A stretch of DNA of 51,688 nt from an uncultured Rhodothermales bacterium (GTDB lineage Bacteria; Bacteroidota; Rhodothermia; Rhodothermales; Rubricoccaceae), in contig CAZDFV010000001.1 in the NCBI GenBank assembly GCA_964504495.1, positions 1 to 51,688 on the forward strand, written 5' to 3'. Position 1 is the stretch's first letter, and each line of letters starts with the position of its first letter. The position numbers and the translations under genes were made by a program. Below are positions 47,729-51,688 of the stretch, in pieces. The notes under the pieces were generated by a model, which worked only from the letters and a program-made list of their open reading frames with translations, was not told the DNA's origin and ran no database searches.

Positions 47729-48934
47729 CTAGGCGTCCGCGCGCCGGGCGAGGTCGCGGAGGCAGACCTCCGTCATCAGCCGCGCGGCGAGCGGGAGGGC
47801 CCCCTCGTCCAGGTCGAACCGGGCGTGGTGGAGCGGGTACCGCGTCTGCGGCCCGCTCGCCGACCCGACGCGGACCATGCAGCCGGGGACGCGCTCGAGG
47901 TAGTACGCGAAGTCCTCGCCGCCCATGCTCGGCAGGTCGATCGCCGCCGCGGCCTCCGGCCCGAACAGGTCGGCCGCCGCGGACCGCGCCGTGTCGGTCT
48001 CCGCCGGCGTGTTGACCACGGCCGGGAGGTGGTGCTCGAAGTGGACGTCCACATCGGCCCCGTAGACGGCCCCGAGGGCCCCGGCCACGCGCCGGAACTT
48101 CTCGCGGAGGAACGAGAGCGTCTCGCCGTCGACGCACCGGATCGTCCCCCCGAACTCGACCGAGGCCGGGATCACGTTGAGCGCGTCGCCGCCCCGGAAC
48201 CGGGTGATCGTGAGGACGGCCGGGCGCCGGGCGTCGGTCACGCGCCCGGCGAGCTGGTAGAGGTCGGCCGCGATCTGGTTCGCGACCCACACCGTGTCGA
48301 CGGCCTCGTGCGGCCGGGCCGAGTGGCCCGACTTGTCGCTGGCGACGGTGACCACGAACGGCGAGCACGCCGCCGTGACGGGCCCCGTGCGGAACCCGAA
48401 CCGCCCGACGGCCCGCGACGGGTCCACGTGGACGGCGAAGACGGCGTCGAGCCCGTCGAGCACGCCGTCGGCGATCATGGCCGGGGCGCCCGACGGCGAC
48501 TTCTCCTCGCTCGGCTGGAAAAAGACGCGGAGCGTCCCGGCGATCTCGTCGCGCCGGGACCGGGCGAGGACGGCCACGCCGCAGGCGATCGCCATGTGGG
48601 CGTCGTGGCCGCAGGCGTGCATGACGCCGGGCCGCTCCGAGCGGTAGGGCGTCTCGGTCGCCTCGAGGATGGGGAGCGCGTCCATGTCCGCCCGGTAGCC
48701 GACGGCCGGGCCCGGCCGGGCCCCCTCGACCTCGACGCAGAACCCGGTCCCGGCGAGCGGCGGGCCCGGCCGGAACCCCCGCTCGCCCAGCCACGACCGG
48801 AGGGTCTCGGCCGTCCCGTGCTCCTCGAACCCCAGCTCGGGGTAGCGGTGGAGCTGGCGGCGGAGCTCGACGATCTCGCGGGCGAGGCCGTCGACGGCGG
48901 AGCGGTCGGGGCGGGGGGGGGCGGCGATCTCCAC
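47729..48934 (-). CDS. M20D family amidohydrolase
   Basis: RRQLHRYPELGFEE, RADMDALP, MHACGHDAH, FQPSEE, MGGEDF, LHH; start approximate. Confidence 0.92.
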   Translation of the reverse strand: MEIAAPPRPDRSAVDGLAREIVELRRQLHRYPELGFEEHGTAETLRSWLGERGFRPGPPLAGTGFCVEVEGARPGPAVGYRADMDALPILEATETPYRSERPGVMHACGHDAHMAIACGVAVLARSRRDEIAGTLRVFFQPSEEKSPSGAPAMIADGVLDGLDAVFAVHVDPSRAVGRFGFRTGPVTAACSPFVVTVASDKSGHSARPHEAVDTVWVANQIAADLYQLAGRVTDARRPAVLTITRFRGGDALNVIPASVEFGGTIRCVDGETLSFLREKFRRVAGALGAVYGADVDVHFEHHLPAVVNTPAETDTARSAAADLFGPEAAAAIDLPSMGGEDFAYYLERVPGCMVRVGSASGPQTRYPLHHARFDLDEGALPLAARLMTEVCLRDLARRADA

Positions 48935-49065
48935 GGGGCGGGGGGCAGGGGCGGGGGGTACCGGCCGGTCGGGCCGATGTTCTCTCGGGACGGCGGAGTC
49001 CGGCGCGCCCTCACAAGCCGGGCCCAGGATCCCCCGCAACGTCCGTGCCCGGCTCCGCGGCCCGG

Positions 49066-50220
49066 CTACGCGGGCACGGCGGCGACGCTCTCGCGGAGCT
49101 CGCCCGCCAGCGCGGCGACGACGTCGGGGAGCCGCCGCGTCCGCTCGAACGTCGCCCGCTGGCGCTCGTAGGACGCGCCCCCGTCGAGCGTCCGGTGGAG
49201 GCCGCGGAGCGCGTCGAGCCCGCCGAGCCGGTCGGCCACGGGCTCGAGCTTGGCGACGAGGTCGGGGAGCTGCTCGCGGAGCGGGCCGTGGTCGCCCTCG
49301 TTGTCGCAGATGACGTCGGCGTCGAGGCCGTGCCGGCAGGCCCGCCACTTGTTCTCGCGCAAGATCCACGGCTTGAGGAGCTGGAGCGGGGCGCCGTGCT
49401 CGTACCGGTCGCCGAGGGCCACGACGAGGGCCTGGACGAGGGCCACGAGCGAGGCGATCTCGGGGAGCGTCGAGGGGGCGTCGCAGATCCTCACCTCGAG
49501 CGTCCCGAAGTTCGGGTGCGGCCGGATGTCCCACCAGATCTCGCGGATCGTCTCGATCGCGTTCGCCCGGACGAGCGTGTTCATGAACCGCTGGAACTCG
49601 CCGTAGTTGGCGAGCCGGTACGGGAGCCCGGCCGTCGGCATCCCCTCGAAGATCTTCGACCGGGTCGAGGCCAGGCCCGTGTCCTCGAAGTCGACGAACG
49701 GCGACGACGCCGAGAGCGCGAGGAGGTGGGGGAGGTAGCCCGCGAGCGCGTTCGAGACGGCGATGGCCTTCTCCCCCGACTCGACGCCGACGTGGACGTG
49801 GAGCCCGTAGATGAGGAGCCGCCGGGCCGGCCACTGGATCTTGTCGACGAGGTTCTGGTAGCGGTCGTTCGGGAAGATCTTCTGGTCCCGCCACTGCCCG
49901 AACGGGTGCGTCCCGGCCGACGAGAACGCCAGGCCCAGCTCGTCCCCGAGGTCGTAGAGCTCGCGGAGCGACTCGGAGAGGTCGCGCACGCAGTGGTCGA
50001 CGTCGGTGCAAACGCCGGTGATGACCTCGACCGTCGACTGCGTGAGCTCCTGCTTGATCTTGGCGTGATCGCCGAGCCGGTCGAGAAGGTCGACCGACCC
50101 CTGCTTGAGGTTGAACGTGACCGGGTCGACGATCTGGAGCTCGACCTCGACGCCGAGCGTGGGCTCGGGCGAGGCGTTAAACGGGATCGGGGCGAGGGCG
50201 CCGGCCGGGGAGACGTCCAT
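49066..50220 (-). CDS. ybdK: YbdK-family carboxylate-amine ligase (glutamate-cysteine ligase family 2)
   Basis: TLGVEVELQ, GTHPF, GLHVHVG, LALSASSPF, WWDIRP, GTLEVRICD, ENKWRACRHG. Confidence 0.92.
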   Translation of the reverse strand: MDVSPAGALAPIPFNASPEPTLGVEVELQIVDPVTFNLKQGSVDLLDRLGDHAKIKQELTQSTVEVITGVCTDVDHCVRDLSESLRELYDLGDELGLAFSSAGTHPFGQWRDQKIFPNDRYQNLVDKIQWPARRLLIYGLHVHVGVESGEKAIAVSNALAGYLPHLLALSASSPFVDFEDTGLASTRSKIFEGMPTAGLPYRLANYGEFQRFMNTLVRANAIETIREIWWDIRPHPNFGTLEVRICDAPSTLPEIASLVALVQALVVALGDRYEHGAPLQLLKPWILRENKWRACRHGLDADVICDNEGDHGPLREQLPDLVAKLEPVADRLGGLDALRGLHRTLDGGASYERQRATFERTRRLPDVVAALAGELRESVAAVPA

Positions 50221-50430
50221 GTAGAGCGGGGGTGAGGCGCCGTAGAGCGGGGGGGGGGCGCCGGAAAGAAACTCAACGTGTGAAGGAATGGCAAACGAGG
50301 CGACCCGCCACCCTCGCAGGGCGGGGGAGGCGGGCGGCCGCCGAGACGTTCTGGGCGGCTCCTGCCCCGCCCGACTGGCGACGGGCGCCGCCAGCCGGGA
50401 TCTTCCCCGGACCCCCAACCCCGAACCCCC

Positions 50431-51624
50431 ATGCCCTGGAGTCGCGTCGTAGGCCAGGACCGACCGAAAGACACGTTGGCCCGGGCCCTCGCCAGCGGGC
50501 GCCTGGCCGGCGCGTACCTGTTCCACGGGCCGGCCGGGGCCGGCCCGCGCGCGGCCGCGCTCGCCTTTGCCCAGGCCCTCCAGTGCGAGCGGCGGGGCCG
50601 GCCGGGCGGGCCGGAGGGCGACGCCTGCGGCGTGTGCCTCGCCTGCACCAAGGCCGCCCGGCTCGTCCACCCCGACGTCCACGTCTACCTCCCGTTCCCG
50701 CGCGTCTCGAAGCAGGCGAACAAGGACGACCGGCCGGCCGACTACGCCGAGCGCCTGGCGCGCCTCGCGGCCGACCCCTACGCCCCGGTCGACTACCGCC
50801 AGCGGGCGGCGCTCGACGAGGAGGGCGCCTCGAACAAGCAGGTCGAGCACCGGAAGCGGCCCGTCGACGAGCTCCTCCGGCGCGACATGACGTTCGTGCC
50901 CGCCGAGGGCCGCCACGTCGTCGGCGTGCTCACCGACGCCGACCGGATCCGGGCGGAGGCGGCCAACTCGCTCCTCAAGCTCTTAGAAGAGCCGGGCCCC
51001 GACGTGGTCCTCGTGCTCACGGCCGAGCGGGTCGAGAACGTGCTCCCGACGGTCCTCTCGCGGTGCCAGCGCGTCCGGTTCGACCCGCTCCCGCCCGAGA
51101 CCGTCGAGGCCGCCCTCGTCGCCCGCGACGGCGTGGAGCCGGGCCGGGCCGCGTTCGTGGCCCGGATGGCCGACGGGTCGTACACGCGGGCGCTCGAGCT
51201 GGTCGGGAGCGAGACCCTCGCGGAGCGGCGGGCCCTCGCCCTCCGCTTCGTCCGCCAGGCGTACGTCGGCCGGGCCGACCTGCTCGCGCCGCTCGTGGCC
51301 GAGGCCGCTGGGCTGGGCCGCGAGGGGCTCAAAGCGTGGCTCGACCTCGTGGCCGTCTGGGTCCGCGACCTCGTCCTCGCGCACGCCGGGGCCGGCGACC
51401 GGCTCGTCAACGTGGACCAGGCCGAGGCCGTCGGCCGGTTCGTCCAGAACCTCCCCGACGCCGACCTCCCGGCCATGGCCGCGCTCGTCGCCGAGGCCGC
51501 CGATGCCGTCGAGGCCAACGCGAACCCGACGCTCGTGCTCACGACGCTCTCGTTCGGCCTCCGCGACGCCATGCTGGGCCGGCCGGCCGGCCGGCTCGTC
51601 ACGCCGCTCGACGCGGGCGGGTAG
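50431..51624 (+). CDS. holB: DNA polymerase III subunit delta'
   Basis: AYLFHGP.G.G, CGVCLAC zinc motif, HPDVH, AANSLLKLLEEP, LPTVLSRCQ. Confidence 0.92.
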   Translation: MPWSRVVGQDRPKDTLARALASGRLAGAYLFHGPAGAGPRAAALAFAQALQCERRGRPGGPEGDACGVCLACTKAARLVHPDVHVYLPFPRVSKQANKDDRPADYAERLARLAADPYAPVDYRQRAALDEEGASNKQVEHRKRPVDELLRRDMTFVPAEGRHVVGVLTDADRIRAEAANSLLKLLEEPGPDVVLVLTAERVENVLPTVLSRCQRVRFDPLPPETVEAALVARDGVEPGRAAFVARMADGSYTRALELVGSETLAERRALALRFVRQAYVGRADLLAPLVAEAAGLGREGLKAWLDLVAVWVRDLVLAHAGAGDRLVNVDQAEAVGRFVQNLPDADLPAMAALVAEAADAVEANANPTLVLTTLSFGLRDAMLGRPAGRLVTPLDAGG

Positions 51625-51688
51625 GGGCGCCCGCTGCGGGCCTGCCGAGCGCCGCCGGCGGGCACGCATGTTGCAGTCGGCCGGGGGC

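Noticed and set aside
44730-50916. Long N-terminal extensions of the LTD protein (1354 aa), amidohydrolase (760 aa) and YbdK (616 aa)
   Set aside because: Stop-poor GC-rich frames running through neighbouring genes; family motifs and signal peptides indicate later starts

Overview
High-GC (roughly 70% or more by eye) bacterial DNA, most consistent with Rhodothermota (Rubrivirga/Rubricoccus-like): SusC/SusD, several T9SS C-terminal-domain proteins, Bacteroidota-type ClpC, and a canonical TTGACA/TACAAT promoter. Layout: (1) 1-4553, HlyD/ABC-2 efflux operon; (2) ~4580-5930, a lower-GC islet with an orphan lipoprotein-like gene and a broken Cys-rich peptide gene; (3) ~5920-34855, a ~29 kb locus for a sulfated rhamnose-rich glycan (SusC/D, two GH78 rhamnosidases, two sulfatases, FGE, a GH30-like T9SS enzyme, rhaI/rhaB/rhaD(EW)/rhaT, an extra Fuc/Ara-type isomerase, an NCS1-type permease, a SorC/DeoR regulator and an ECF sigma), ending near tRNA-Gly(GCC); (4) 35854-end, mostly housekeeping genes (NUDIX, tyrA, rhomboid, clpC, iscA, lamin-tail protein, M20 amidohydrolase, ybdK, holB). 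Best candidate for an undescribed system, read from the DNA and otherwise inferred: a two-tier regulatory cascade. A SorC-type sugar-phosphate repressor lies divergent from an ECF sigma that has no intact FecR partner. The sigma's near-consensus promoter is followed by a TGAAC-N4-GTTCA palindrome, and four transcription units of the locus share a GT(A/C)GGGG-N16/17-(C/G)G(A/T)CT motif. Several intergenic palindromic and heptamer repeat families are also present. All assignments are from motif recognition; no database searches were run.
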